Origin: a virus
DNA length: 64,000 bases
Strand: one strand, 5' to 3'
Virus record (IMG/VR): IMGVR_UViG_3300032224_001591
Span: 83,249-147,248 of that record
Shown here: positions 8,957 to 18,546 of the stretch, piece after piece
How the letters are laid out: each line of letters opens with the position of its first letter
Position numbering within the stretch: position 1 is the stretch's first letter
The notes under the pieces: generated by a model
The model's input: only the letters and a program-made list of their open reading frames with translations
What the model was told of the DNA's origin: nothing
Databases searched by the model: none
Translations under genes and position numbers: made by a program

Positions 8957-10237
8957 ATGGCATTTTACTTAATAGAAAATACGGAACAATTATCAACGTT
9001 TTATTACCAAGAGTTCAAACGAGCTTTTGTAGAAGTAATTCCGTTTAATGATTTAGTACACCCAACCTTAAATAAAGTATCATTAGTGTATATTAAACCC
9101 TTAACGGATGATAACGAAAAAGGTTACATGATATGCATTGACCATAGTGAAGCATTAAACGTGCAAATAAAACACGTAAATCAAGTACTTAAAAGCTTTG
9201 ACGAAATATATGTTAGAGACAAGAAAACGTTTTTATACTACTTTCAACTTAAAAGCAGCTTAGACATTACCCACACCACTCCTACGTATATACACCCCAC
9301 AACGCAAGTCCACACACATTTTTATAATACGTATTCTTCGCGACTTGATATAAACCGCATTATACCGCTAGTTAAACACTACCAACGTTGTGAAGCCATA
9401 TTTGAACAAGTAAAAGATCATTGTGTAACCTTAACTAGTAAAACAAATGATGTCTTAGCATATTCATTTCTATTTATTGAAAAAAACGGCATCAAAATAG
9501 ATGAAACATTATTTAAACAATACTTTAAACCTACAAATGAGTCATTTAGCATTAAAGACGGTAAGATTTATACACAATATAACTTACATACTACAACCGG
9601 ACGCCCCTCAAATAGTTTTAACGGCGTTAATTTCGCGGCTCTAAACAAAGACAACGGCTGCCGACAAGCATTCATACCGGAACATGATCGATTTATGGAA
9701 ATCGATATTTCCGCCTATCACCCAAATATAGTAGCGCAACTTGTTGATTATCGGTTTGATAAACCGATTTACGAGGCATTTGCCGAATATGCTGGTGTTG
9801 AAATAAAGCAAGCGAAGGAATTGATGTTTAAACAACTATACGGAGGAATATATACGGAATATAAACAATGGGAGTTTTTCATTAAAGTACAGGAATATAT
9901 AGATAAAATCTGGGAACATTTTGAAACGCTTAATTGGGTTATGGTTCCGAATTCGGGTAAGTATTTTTATAAGGATAGATTGGGTGAAATGAATCCGCAA
10001 AAGTTGTTTAATTATTTTTTACAAAATTTGGAGACCGTAAATAACAGTCGTATCATTCAGGATATAATTAAGGTTTTAAGAGGTAAAAATACAAAGTTGG
10101 TTCTTTATACTTACGATGCGTTCCTGTTTGACTTAGATGATACGGAAAAAGATATTATTGACGAATTAAAAGAGATATTCAGTTCCAGGGAACTGCAAAT
10201 AAAATATAAATATGGAACAGATTACGACTTTGAATAA
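8957..10237 (+). CDS. Short family-A DNA polymerase-like protein
   Basis: TTTGRPS, motif A EIDISAYHP, motif B KELMFKQLYG, motif C YTYDAFLFD. Confidence 0.8.
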   Translation: MAFYLIENTEQLSTFYYQEFKRAFVEVIPFNDLVHPTLNKVSLVYIKPLTDDNEKGYMICIDHSEALNVQIKHVNQVLKSFDEIYVRDKKTFLYYFQLKSSLDITHTTPTYIHPTTQVHTHFYNTYSSRLDINRIIPLVKHYQRCEAIFEQVKDHCVTLTSKTNDVLAYSFLFIEKNGIKIDETLFKQYFKPTNESFSIKDGKIYTQYNLHTTTGRPSNSFNGVNFAALNKDNGCRQAFIPEHDRFMEIDISAYHPNIVAQLVDYRFDKPIYEAFAEYAGVEIKQAKELMFKQLYGGIYTEYKQWEFFIKVQEYIDKIWEHFETLNWVMVPNSGKYFYKDRLGEMNPQKLFNYFLQNLETVNNSRIIQDIIKVLRGKNTKLVLYTYDAFLFDLDDTEKDIIDELKEIFSSRELQIKYKYGTDYDFE

Positions 10238-10685
10238 GCAGCGTAATATTTATTGGGAGAATCTAAACGAAAGTTTTAACCTATTAAATATTACAGAATT
10301 GAATAATAGATTATTTTGTAGCTTTACTACCTTAGATGGCATCGATCCATTAGTAGAGAGTATAACAAATTCATATACGATAATGTACAACAAAATGTTT
10401 GTACTTTATATTAAGAGTACTGATGAGTACGTAGTTACATATAACGTTGAGCAAGGCAATGTTAGTGATATTCCTGACAATACTATATTGGTTCACAGGA
10501 AAAAGGAAAGCAATACATTATATACAATCAATGCGTTAAACGAGTTGATTAAAAAATTAAATGGTGGTGTTGTTAATCCTAAATTTATTATTGATTGGCA
10601 ACATTATAGAAATTGTGTGTTGTTAACCAATCATAACGAGTTGAAACAATTGAATACTAAGATTTACAAGATAGTAGAGCTATAA
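10212..10685 (+). CDS. Hypothetical protein
   Basis: 157-aa ORF overlapping the polA-like stop. The start codon is uncertain. Confidence 0.7.
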   Translation: MEQITTLNKQRNIYWENLNESFNLLNITELNNRLFCSFTTLDGIDPLVESITNSYTIMYNKMFVLYIKSTDEYVVTYNVEQGNVSDIPDNTILVHRKKESNTLYTINALNELIKKLNGGVVNPKFIIDWQHYRNCVLLTNHNELKQLNTKIYKIVEL

Positions 10686-10693
10686 TATTTATA
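10686..10693 (+). promoter_or_regulatory. TATTTATA motif (putative late promoter)
   Basis: Immediately upstream of leader gene 5, which sits alone inside the replication cluster. Confidence 0.55.
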
Positions 10694-10711
10694 CCGTACA
10701 AATAGAACACG

Positions 10712-11278
10712 ATGAACGAGTTTAAAAAAATGCAAAAATTGGCTGGTATTATTACCGAGTCTCAATTAAACGAAGCTGAATTAGAAAATTATATGTTCTT
10801 TTCAAATTTAAAACAAATGAAAAGACAAATTGAAATGATGATGGAGATGGATCCTGTTATGATTGATAGTATTCTTCAAAATGGCCATGATTGGGCTGAC
10901 GATCATATTTCTGAAGCAAAAACTAATATGGATCAAGTATTTGATTTTTTAAAAAATGAAATGGATAAAAGTTATCCATTAAACGAAGAAGTATATGGTG
11001 GTCAATCCGTAGATAGAGGTGAAACTGGATCTTCAATTGAATTTGAAGTAAAAGAAAACACACCAGAATATTATACAATTGATTATACTATTACTCCTAA
11101 TTCAAAATATTCATCTAGATCTGCTGCTAGAAATTATGTACGTACTAAAAAAAGCGGAACAGCACGAATTAAAAAAAATTACGATTCATCTCAAAAAGAA
11201 TGGATAACAGTAGAAGGCGATAGTTTTCTCGTAGGTAAACAGTTCGCAAAAGAAATATTCGGCGATAAAATGGATTAA
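10712..11278 (+). CDS. KMQKLAGIITE-leader protein 5
   Basis: MNEFKKMQKLAGIITESQLNE. Two modules separated by LNE. Confidence 0.75.
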   Translation: MNEFKKMQKLAGIITESQLNEAELENYMFFSNLKQMKRQIEMMMEMDPVMIDSILQNGHDWADDHISEAKTNMDQVFDFLKNEMDKSYPLNEEVYGGQSVDRGETGSSIEFEVKENTPEYYTIDYTITPNSKYSSRSAARNYVRTKKSGTARIKKNYDSSQKEWITVEGDSFLVGKQFAKEIFGDKMD

Positions 11279-11284
11279 AATAAA

Positions 11285-11304
11285 GAGCTTTCGAAAGAAA
11301 GCTC
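11285..11304 (+). terminator. Stem-loop (terminator or processing hairpin)
   Basis: GAGCTTTC-GAAA-GAAAGCTC with no U-tract. Confidence 0.5.
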
Positions 11305-11312
11305 AAATAAAC

Positions 11313-11341
11313 TTGGCTTAGCCAAAATAGGTTATTATATT
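11313..11341 (+). promoter_or_regulatory. TTGG-N19-TATATT promoter
   Basis: Exact motif upstream of the SSB gene. Confidence 0.7.
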
Positions 11342-11366
11342 AATGTTATAAAAAAATAGATTAGTT

Positions 11367-12197
11367 ATGGATTTATCAGAAATCAAATCGAGACTGAACG
11401 CAATGCAGTCAAACTCCAAAGGAAACGGAGGCGGTGAAAGGAAACAAGTATTCTTTAAACCAAGTGTCGGTAAACAAGCCGTACGCGTTGTACCAAACAA
11501 GTACAATAAGAAAAACCCATTTACCGAAGTATTAATTCACTATACTATCGGAAACAAAGCAATGATCTCTCCATTGAACTGGGGTGAAAAAGATCCAATT
11601 GTAGAATTTGCAAAAGAACTTCGTAAAACAAGTGACAAAGACAACTGGCGTTTGGCTAAGAAATTAGAACCAAAAATGCGTGTATTTGCTCCTGTAGTAG
11701 TACGTGGCCAAGAAAGTGACGGTGTCAAATTATGGCAGTTCGGTAAAGAATTATATATGGATTTCTTGAACCTTGCAGACAATGAAGATGTAGGTGATTT
11801 TACTGACATCGCTGAAGGTAGAGACATTACTTTAACCACAGTAGGACCTGAAGTAACTGGTACTGCGTATAATAAAACAACTATTATGCCACGTACAAAA
11901 CAAACACAGTTATCAGATGACAAAACATTGGTTAAATCATTGTTAGAAAATCAACCTAACCCAATGGAAATCTTCAAGAAATATTCTTATGATGAGATGA
12001 AACAAGCTCTACAAGAATGGTTAAATCCTGAAGATGAAGCACCAGAAGAAGGTTCAATTATCGATGATGAAAAAGAACCAGAAAGTGACTTACCTTGGGA
12101 AGATCCAGCTCCTAAAAAAGCAAATTATAGCTTAAACACAGCTAAAAAACCAGTGAGCAAAGCAGACAAATTTGATGCTATGTTCGACGACGAATAA
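11367..12197 (+). CDS. Single-stranded DNA-binding protein (T4 gp32-like)
   Basis: FFKPSVGKQAVRVVP...GVKLWQFGK...FTDIAEGRDI, an acidic C-terminal tail (FDAMFDDE) and replication context. Confidence 0.8.
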   Translation: MDLSEIKSRLNAMQSNSKGNGGGERKQVFFKPSVGKQAVRVVPNKYNKKNPFTEVLIHYTIGNKAMISPLNWGEKDPIVEFAKELRKTSDKDNWRLAKKLEPKMRVFAPVVVRGQESDGVKLWQFGKELYMDFLNLADNEDVGDFTDIAEGRDITLTTVGPEVTGTAYNKTTIMPRTKQTQLSDDKTLVKSLLENQPNPMEIFKKYSYDEMKQALQEWLNPEDEAPEEGSIIDDEKEPESDLPWEDPAPKKANYSLNTAKKPVSKADKFDAMFDDE

Positions 12198-12221
12198 TCA
12201 CAAAATAAAAATTAGTTATAT

Positions 12222-13304
12222 ATGGCAAAAGGTAAAAATTCAGCATCGCTGACAGCGGCAGTGTCTTCTGAACTTAGAAGTAAGTTCGACTTGAATAAAT
12301 TCAAGGAAAAAAAGATGTTGTCTGCGAACACAAAGTTCAAAGAACAAAAGTGGATTCCCCTTAGCCCTGCATTTCAAGAAATAACCTCTGTGCCCGGTAT
12401 TCCTGCCGGTCACATTGTGTTACTTCGAGGTCACAGTGATACAGGTAAAACAACCGCAATGATTGAAGCAGCAGTTTCTGCTCAAAAAATGGGTACATTA
12501 CCTGTATTTATTGTTACTGAGATGAAGTGGAATTGGGAACACGCAGTACAAATGGGATTAGAAATTACTCCTGTACCGGATCCAACAACCGGCGAAATTA
12601 CTAGTTATGAAGGTAATTTCATTTATGTTGACCGTGAATCATTACATACAATTGAAGATGTAGCAGCATTTATTTTAGATTTAGTAGACGAACAGAAAAA
12701 AGGTAACTTACCATTTGATTTATTATTCTTATGGGATAGTATTGGTTCAGTACCTTGCGAATTATCAGTTCGTTCAAATAAAAATAATAATGAGTGGAAC
12801 GCAGGCGCAATGTCAACTCAATTTGGTAATGGTGTAAATCAAAGAATAGTATTATCACGTAAAGAAAGTTCACCATATACAAATACTCTGGTTTGTGTTA
12901 ATAAGGTATGGACAGCAAAAGCTGAAGTTCCAATGGGACAACCAAAACTTATGAATAAAGGTGGTTTTGCAATGTGGTTTGACGCAACATTTGTTATTAC
13001 CTTTGGTAACGTATCAAATGCTGGAACTAGCAAAATTAAAGCTATTAAAGATAGTAAACAAGTTGAATTTGCTAAACGTACAAACATTCAGATTGATAAA
13101 AACCACATCAATGGTATTACCACAAGAGGTAAAATCATTATGACACCACATGGTTTCATTAACGATACTGAGAAGGATCTTAAAGCTTATAAAGAAGCTC
13201 ATGCTAAAGAATGGGTTAAAGTATTAGGCGGAATGGATTTTAACATCTATGAAGAAGAAGAGACATCAGAATCAATGAACACATTTGACCAAGAACCAGA
13301 TTAA
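12222..13304 (+). CDS. RecA/UvsX-like recombinase
   Basis: Walker A GHSDTGKT, Walker B FLWDS, and a KGG RecA-like loop. Confidence 0.8.
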   Translation: MAKGKNSASLTAAVSSELRSKFDLNKFKEKKMLSANTKFKEQKWIPLSPAFQEITSVPGIPAGHIVLLRGHSDTGKTTAMIEAAVSAQKMGTLPVFIVTEMKWNWEHAVQMGLEITPVPDPTTGEITSYEGNFIYVDRESLHTIEDVAAFILDLVDEQKKGNLPFDLLFLWDSIGSVPCELSVRSNKNNNEWNAGAMSTQFGNGVNQRIVLSRKESSPYTNTLVCVNKVWTAKAEVPMGQPKLMNKGGFAMWFDATFVITFGNVSNAGTSKIKAIKDSKQVEFAKRTNIQIDKNHINGITTRGKIIMTPHGFINDTEKDLKAYKEAHAKEWVKVLGGMDFNIYEEEETSESMNTFDQEPD

Positions 13305-13305
13305 T

Positions 13306-14346
13306 ATGAGCAACAAAAAAGACTTACTTAAACTTCTCGACAACATGTCTGAGGATAACGCCAATGACGACAAAGTTCATGACCGAGTTATTTTAATAGA
13401 TGGATTAAATCTATTCTTAAGAAACTTTGCAATGATAAACTTTGTAAACTCTTCAGGATCGCACATTGGCGGTTTAGGTGGTTTTCTAAGATCGTTGGGT
13501 GCTCTGATTAATCAGATACAACCTACCTCTGCCTATATGATATTCGACGGAATAGGTTCTTCTACTAACAGGAAGAACTTACTCCCCGAATACAAATCAG
13601 GACGTAATATTACTCGTATTACTAACTGGGATGTATTCGAAGATTTAGGAGATGAAAACGATGCTAAAGTAGATCAAATTCGCAGATTAATACATTATCT
13701 GGATTGCCTACCAGTTAAAACCATCTCAATCGATAAGGCCGAAGCCGACGATATTATCGCTTATTATAGCGATATATTACCCAAAAAATATGGCTCTAAA
13801 GTATACATTGTTTCAAGTGATAAGGATTTCTTACAGTTAATAAACGAAAACGTTATTGTATATCGTCCAACTGAAAAAGAATTCTATAACCGTGAAATGA
13901 TTAAAAATAAATTTGGAGTATTAGCTGAGAATTTTATATTATATAAAACACTTTTAGGTGATAATTCCGATAAAATACCAGGTGTAAAAGGTTTAGGTGA
14001 AAAAGGAATATTTAAAAAATTCCCTGAATTACAAACCACACCTATGACATTAGAAGATTTATTTGAATTAAGCGCTTCTAAATATAAAGAACACGTAGTT
14101 TATTCTCGAATCGTAATGGAACGAGATCGTTTAGAAAATACTTATAAAATAATGAATTTAAAAAGTCCGTTGTTAAGTGATGTAGAAAAAGAGTTTTTAG
14201 AAGAAGTTGCAGAAGAGCCAACTCCTACTTTGAATATTGAAAAATTTTTACGATATTACGGAGAAGATGGCTTAGGTCATTTAATTAAAAACACAGAGTA
14301 TTGGTTAAACAACACATTTAAAGTATTAAACAGTTTTAATAAATAA
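13306..14346 (+). CDS. 5'-3' exonuclease / flap endonuclease (Pol I N-terminal / T4 RNase H family)
   Basis: LIDGLN, FDG, YKSGR, EADD, SSDKD, GDNSDKIPGVKGLG. The ATG at 13306 is preferred over TTG 13285. Confidence 0.9.
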   Translation: MSNKKDLLKLLDNMSEDNANDDKVHDRVILIDGLNLFLRNFAMINFVNSSGSHIGGLGGFLRSLGALINQIQPTSAYMIFDGIGSSTNRKNLLPEYKSGRNITRITNWDVFEDLGDENDAKVDQIRRLIHYLDCLPVKTISIDKAEADDIIAYYSDILPKKYGSKVYIVSSDKDFLQLINENVIVYRPTEKEFYNREMIKNKFGVLAENFILYKTLLGDNSDKIPGVKGLGEKGIFKKFPELQTTPMTLEDLFELSASKYKEHVVYSRIVMERDRLENTYKIMNLKSPLLSDVEKEFLEEVAEEPTPTLNIEKFLRYYGEDGLGHLIKNTEYWLNNTFKVLNSFNK

Positions 14347-14349
14347 GTT

Positions 14350-15720
14350 ATGACATTAATAAATTTATCACAATATGGACCTGGTTTCCAGATCAAAGTA
14401 TTGTCTTCATTATTAACACACAAAGGATTCTTATTGAATATCCATGATGTACTAAGTGAAGATTACTTTGATAACTCAGCCCATAAATGGGTGGTGAGAG
14501 AAATTCTTAAGTATTATCAAAAATACCACACTACTCCTACAATGGAAGTGTTAAAGGTAGAATTGAAAAAAATTGACAACGAAGTTATGCAGTTGTCAAT
14601 TAAAGAACAACTTAAGGAAGCATATAAAGCATCAGATGAAGATTTAAAATACATCGAAGAAGAATTTAGCAATTTTTGTAAAAACCAACAATTAAAAAAA
14701 GCACTATTATCTAGTGTTGATTTATTAAACGCAGGTGATTATGATTCTATTAGACATTTAGTTGACAACGCTTTAAAAGCAGGTCAAGATAAAAACATAG
14801 GTCATGAATATGAAAAAGATACTGAATCACGTTATCGTGAAGAACATAGAATAGCAATCGCTACTCCATGGGATAAATTTAATGATTTATTACAAGGCGG
14901 ACTTGGTGGAGGTGACTTTGGTTTGATATTCGGTAATCCTGGTGGTGGTAAATCTTGGTCATTAATCGCATTAGGCGGACACGCTGTTAAAATGGGATAT
15001 AATGTTATCCATTACACACTAGAATTAGGTGCGGATTATGTTGGAAGACGTTATGACGCTTTCTTTACAGGATGTGATGTTGGTAAAATTACTAAACATA
15101 AAGCACGAGTGGAAGAAATTATCGCAGAATTACCTGGTAGATTAATTATTAAAGAATATTCACCAGGCAAAGCAACAATATCAACATTAGAATCACATAT
15201 TAAAAAATGTATCGATTTAGAATTCAAACCTGATTTAATCATTATCGACTATGTTGATCTATTGAGATCAAAACGTAATAATCGTGAACGTAAAGAGGAA
15301 ATTGACGATATTTATCTTAGTACTAAAGGATTAGCTCGAGAATTAAACATACCAATTTGGTCAGTTTCTCAAGTAAATCGCGCGGGTGCAAAAGACGATA
15401 TTATTGAAGGCGATAAAGCAGCAGGATCTTATGATAAAATCATGGTCACTGACGTAGCAATATCCCTTTCACGTAAACGTCAAGATAAAGTAAACGGTAC
15501 TGGTAGATTTCATATTATGAAAAACAGGTATGGTATGGATGGTTTAACTTACTCGGTTAGAGTTAATACAGCAAATGGTCATTTCGAAGTGAATGATACT
15601 ATAGAAGACGATGACGAACCATCCCAACCAACTCAGAATAATAATAGTTTCAACCAAATCGATACTTTCGACAAAAAGCATCTTGCACAAAAGTTTTTTG
15701 AATTAACTCCAAACATATAA
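14350..15720 (+). CDS. Replicative DnaB/gp41-like helicase
   Basis: GNPGGGKS, YTLEL, IIIDYVDL, SQVNR and KNRYG motifs. Confidence 0.9.
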   Translation: MTLINLSQYGPGFQIKVLSSLLTHKGFLLNIHDVLSEDYFDNSAHKWVVREILKYYQKYHTTPTMEVLKVELKKIDNEVMQLSIKEQLKEAYKASDEDLKYIEEEFSNFCKNQQLKKALLSSVDLLNAGDYDSIRHLVDNALKAGQDKNIGHEYEKDTESRYREEHRIAIATPWDKFNDLLQGGLGGGDFGLIFGNPGGGKSWSLIALGGHAVKMGYNVIHYTLELGADYVGRRYDAFFTGCDVGKITKHKARVEEIIAELPGRLIIKEYSPGKATISTLESHIKKCIDLEFKPDLIIIDYVDLLRSKRNNRERKEEIDDIYLSTKGLARELNIPIWSVSQVNRAGAKDDIIEGDKAAGSYDKIMVTDVAISLSRKRQDKVNGTGRFHIMKNRYGMDGLTYSVRVNTANGHFEVNDTIEDDDEPSQPTQNNNSFNQIDTFDKKHLAQKFFELTPNI

Positions 15721-15726
15721 AAATAA

Positions 15727-16716
15727 ATGAATAAAAATATTTTAACACCACGCATAATTTATAAACCCTTTGAATACCCCGAAGCATATGACTACTGGTT
15801 AAAACAACAACAAGCACATTGGTTACATACAGAAGTTCCCATGATGTCAGATTTAAATGACTGGAATCAAAATTTAACCGCAACTGAAAAAAATGTAATA
15901 GGTTCTATTTTAAAAGGTTTTGCCCAAACCGAAACAATTGTGAATGATTATTGGAGTGGATTAGTTACAAAATGGTTTCGTAAACCTGAAATTATAATGA
16001 TGGCTGTTACATTTGCTAATATGGAAACAGTACATGCTGAAGCATATGCATTATTAAATGAAACTTTAGGTTTAGATAATTTTAGCGAATTCCTTGAAGA
16101 TGAAGCTACAATGGCGAAAATCCAAACACTAATGGACGTTAGAGATCACCACACATCAGAAGAAAATTTACCTGAAATTGCTAAATCATTAGCTATATTC
16201 TCAGCGTTTACTGAAGGTGTAAATTTATTTAGTTCGTTTGCTGTATTATTATCATTCAAACTAGAAAATAAACTTAAAGGTGTAGGTCAAATAGTTGAAT
16301 GGAGTATTAGAGATGAATCAATGCACTCAGAAGCCGGTTGTTGGTTGTTTAGAACATTAATGGAAGAAAAACCAGAATTAAAAACTGACGAATTAATTAA
16401 AAGTATTAAAGAAGCAGCATTATTATCGTTAAAATTAGAATTAGATTTTATTAATAAAGTTTTTGAATTAGGTGATTTAACAACTATATCAAAATATGAT
16501 TTAATTAATTTTATCAAACATAGAGTAAATACCAAAATGAATGATTTAGGTTTACGTGCTGTGGTTCCTACAAAGGATATAGATAAAGAAGCAGTTAAAA
16601 GAATGAAATGGTTTGACTCATTAAGTGCTGGAAAACAACATACAGATTTCTTTGCATCACGAGTAACCAATTATAGTAAAGGAACAATGACTTGGGACGA
16701 ATCAGCAATTTTTTAA
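15727..16716 (+). CDS. nrdB: Ribonucleotide reductase class Ia beta subunit
   Basis: ETVHAEAY, EGVNLFSSF, DESMH and DFF motifs. Confidence 0.93.
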   Translation: MNKNILTPRIIYKPFEYPEAYDYWLKQQQAHWLHTEVPMMSDLNDWNQNLTATEKNVIGSILKGFAQTETIVNDYWSGLVTKWFRKPEIIMMAVTFANMETVHAEAYALLNETLGLDNFSEFLEDEATMAKIQTLMDVRDHHTSEENLPEIAKSLAIFSAFTEGVNLFSSFAVLLSFKLENKLKGVGQIVEWSIRDESMHSEAGCWLFRTLMEEKPELKTDELIKSIKEAALLSLKLELDFINKVFELGDLTTISKYDLINFIKHRVNTKMNDLGLRAVVPTKDIDKEAVKRMKWFDSLSAGKQHTDFFASRVTNYSKGTMTWDESAIF

Positions 16717-16728
16717 TAAAACAAATTT

Positions 16729-18441
16729 ATGGACAATAACTTAATATCAGATTATACACAGTGGGAAGCAGGTAAAGATTATCCCGAATTTTTCGACGAA
16801 ATCTCTCTTGCTACAATATCAAAAGGTTATCTTTTACCTGGTGAAACGCCTAAAAAAGCATATAAAAGAGTTGCGGCGGCTGTAGCACAACGTATTAACC
16901 GCCCTGACTTAGAAAGTAAATTTTTTAAATACATTTGGAATGGATGGATTGGACTTGCAAGCCCTGTTCTCTCAAACACGGGAACTGACAGGGGATTGCC
17001 AATCAGCTGCTTTGGGATCGATACTCCGGATTCAATCAGAGGCATTGGCCTTACAAACGCTGAACTTATGCGACTCACAAGCCTTGGAGGCGGTGTCGGG
17101 ATCTCATTGTCAAGAATTAGACCTAGAGGAAAAGAAATTACCGGAAACGGAAAATCAGAAGGAGTAGTACCTTGGGCTAAAATTTATGATTCTTCAATTA
17201 TTGCTACAAATCAAGGTAGTGTAAGAAGAGGAGCAGCATCAGTAAACTTAAATATCGAACACCCTGATATTAAGGAATTTTTAAATATTCGTAGACCTAA
17301 AGGTGACCCAAATCGCCAATGTTTAAACTTACATCAGTGTGTTGTGATAAATGATAGTTTTATGCGTAGAATTGAAAACCGCGACCCTGAAGCAATTTCA
17401 TTGTGGTTAGAGGTATTAAAAACACGTATGGAAACTGGTGAACCTTACGTTATGTGGGAAGATAATGTTAATAAAGATAATCCTATTGCTTATGCAATGA
17501 ATAATCTTAAAGTATCAATGACAAACATTTGTACTGAAATTACATTATTCACAGATGAAGAACATAGCTTTATTTGTTGTTTATCTTCACTTAACTTAGC
17601 AAAATATAATGAATGGAAAGATACGGATTGTGTTGAAACAGCAATTTACTTCTTAGATGGTGTAATGGAAGAATTTATCCAAAAAACCAATGGTAAAGAA
17701 AGTATGCGTCGTACACATAATCACGCTAGAAAAGGTAGAGCATTAGGTTTAGGTGTAATGGGATGGCATACATTCTTACAAGCACAAAACTTACCATTCA
17801 ATTCAGTTGCATCAACAGCTTGGACACATAAAATATTTAGTGATATTAAGACTAAAGCAGAAGCGGCGTCAATGAAATTAGCACAAGAATATGGTGAACC
17901 GCAATGGTGTAAAGGTACTGGTATGAGAAATACTCACTTGTTAGCTATCGCACCTACCGTGTCAAATTCGGTTATAACGGGCGGAATAAGCGCAGGCATC
18001 GAACCTTTACCCGCTAACATATACACGTTTAATGGAGCGAAGGGTACGTTCATTAGAAAAAATAAATCATTAGAAGCTTTATTGGAATCTAAAGGACATA
18101 ACACTGAAGATGTTTGGGATAGAATATTAGGAGATGGTGGTTCAGTACAAAATCTATCAGATGATATTTTAACACCAACTGAAAAAGAAATATACTTAAC
18201 ATTCAGCGAAGTTAACCAATTAGAATTAGTTCGTCAAGCAGCAATTCGCCAAAAATATATTGACCAAACACAGTCATTAAATTTAAGCTTTGACCCTACA
18301 GATTCACCAAAATGGATTAATCAAGTACATATGGAAGCGTATAAATTAGGTATTAAAACGCTTTATTATTTACGTACCGATTCAGTCATAAAAGGTGATT
18401 TAGGTTCTCGCACAGCTGATTGTATCGCCTGTGAGGGGTAA
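16729..18441 (+). CDS. nrdA: Ribonucleotide reductase class Ia alpha subunit (no ATP cone)
   Basis: ISCF, TNICTEI, CCLSSLNL, GLGVMG, AIAPT, KTLYY and a C-terminal CIACEG. Confidence 0.93.
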   Translation: MDNNLISDYTQWEAGKDYPEFFDEISLATISKGYLLPGETPKKAYKRVAAAVAQRINRPDLESKFFKYIWNGWIGLASPVLSNTGTDRGLPISCFGIDTPDSIRGIGLTNAELMRLTSLGGGVGISLSRIRPRGKEITGNGKSEGVVPWAKIYDSSIIATNQGSVRRGAASVNLNIEHPDIKEFLNIRRPKGDPNRQCLNLHQCVVINDSFMRRIENRDPEAISLWLEVLKTRMETGEPYVMWEDNVNKDNPIAYAMNNLKVSMTNICTEITLFTDEEHSFICCLSSLNLAKYNEWKDTDCVETAIYFLDGVMEEFIQKTNGKESMRRTHNHARKGRALGLGVMGWHTFLQAQNLPFNSVASTAWTHKIFSDIKTKAEAASMKLAQEYGEPQWCKGTGMRNTHLLAIAPTVSNSVITGGISAGIEPLPANIYTFNGAKGTFIRKNKSLEALLESKGHNTEDVWDRILGDGGSVQNLSDDILTPTEKEIYLTFSEVNQLELVRQAAIRQKYIDQTQSLNLSFDPTDSPKWINQVHMEAYKLGIKTLYYLRTDSVIKGDLGSRTADCIACEG

Positions 18442-18462
18442 TGGACTTTTATATAATTTGAT

Positions 18463-18484
18463 AGGGGGTCTTTTGACCCCCTTT
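18463..18484 (+). terminator. Intrinsic terminator
   Basis: AGGGGGTC-TTTT-GACCCCCT then TT, after nrdA. Confidence 0.75.
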
Positions 18485-18486
18485 CA

Positions 18487-18493
18487 TATTTAT
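18487..18493 (+). promoter_or_regulatory. TATTTAT motif (putative late promoter)
   Basis: Directly after the terminator, upstream of the envelope module. Confidence 0.45.
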
Positions 18494-18546
18494 GTATAAC
18501 AAGTTGTCTTAAATAGTTCTATAAACCCTTAAATTATTTAAACAAC

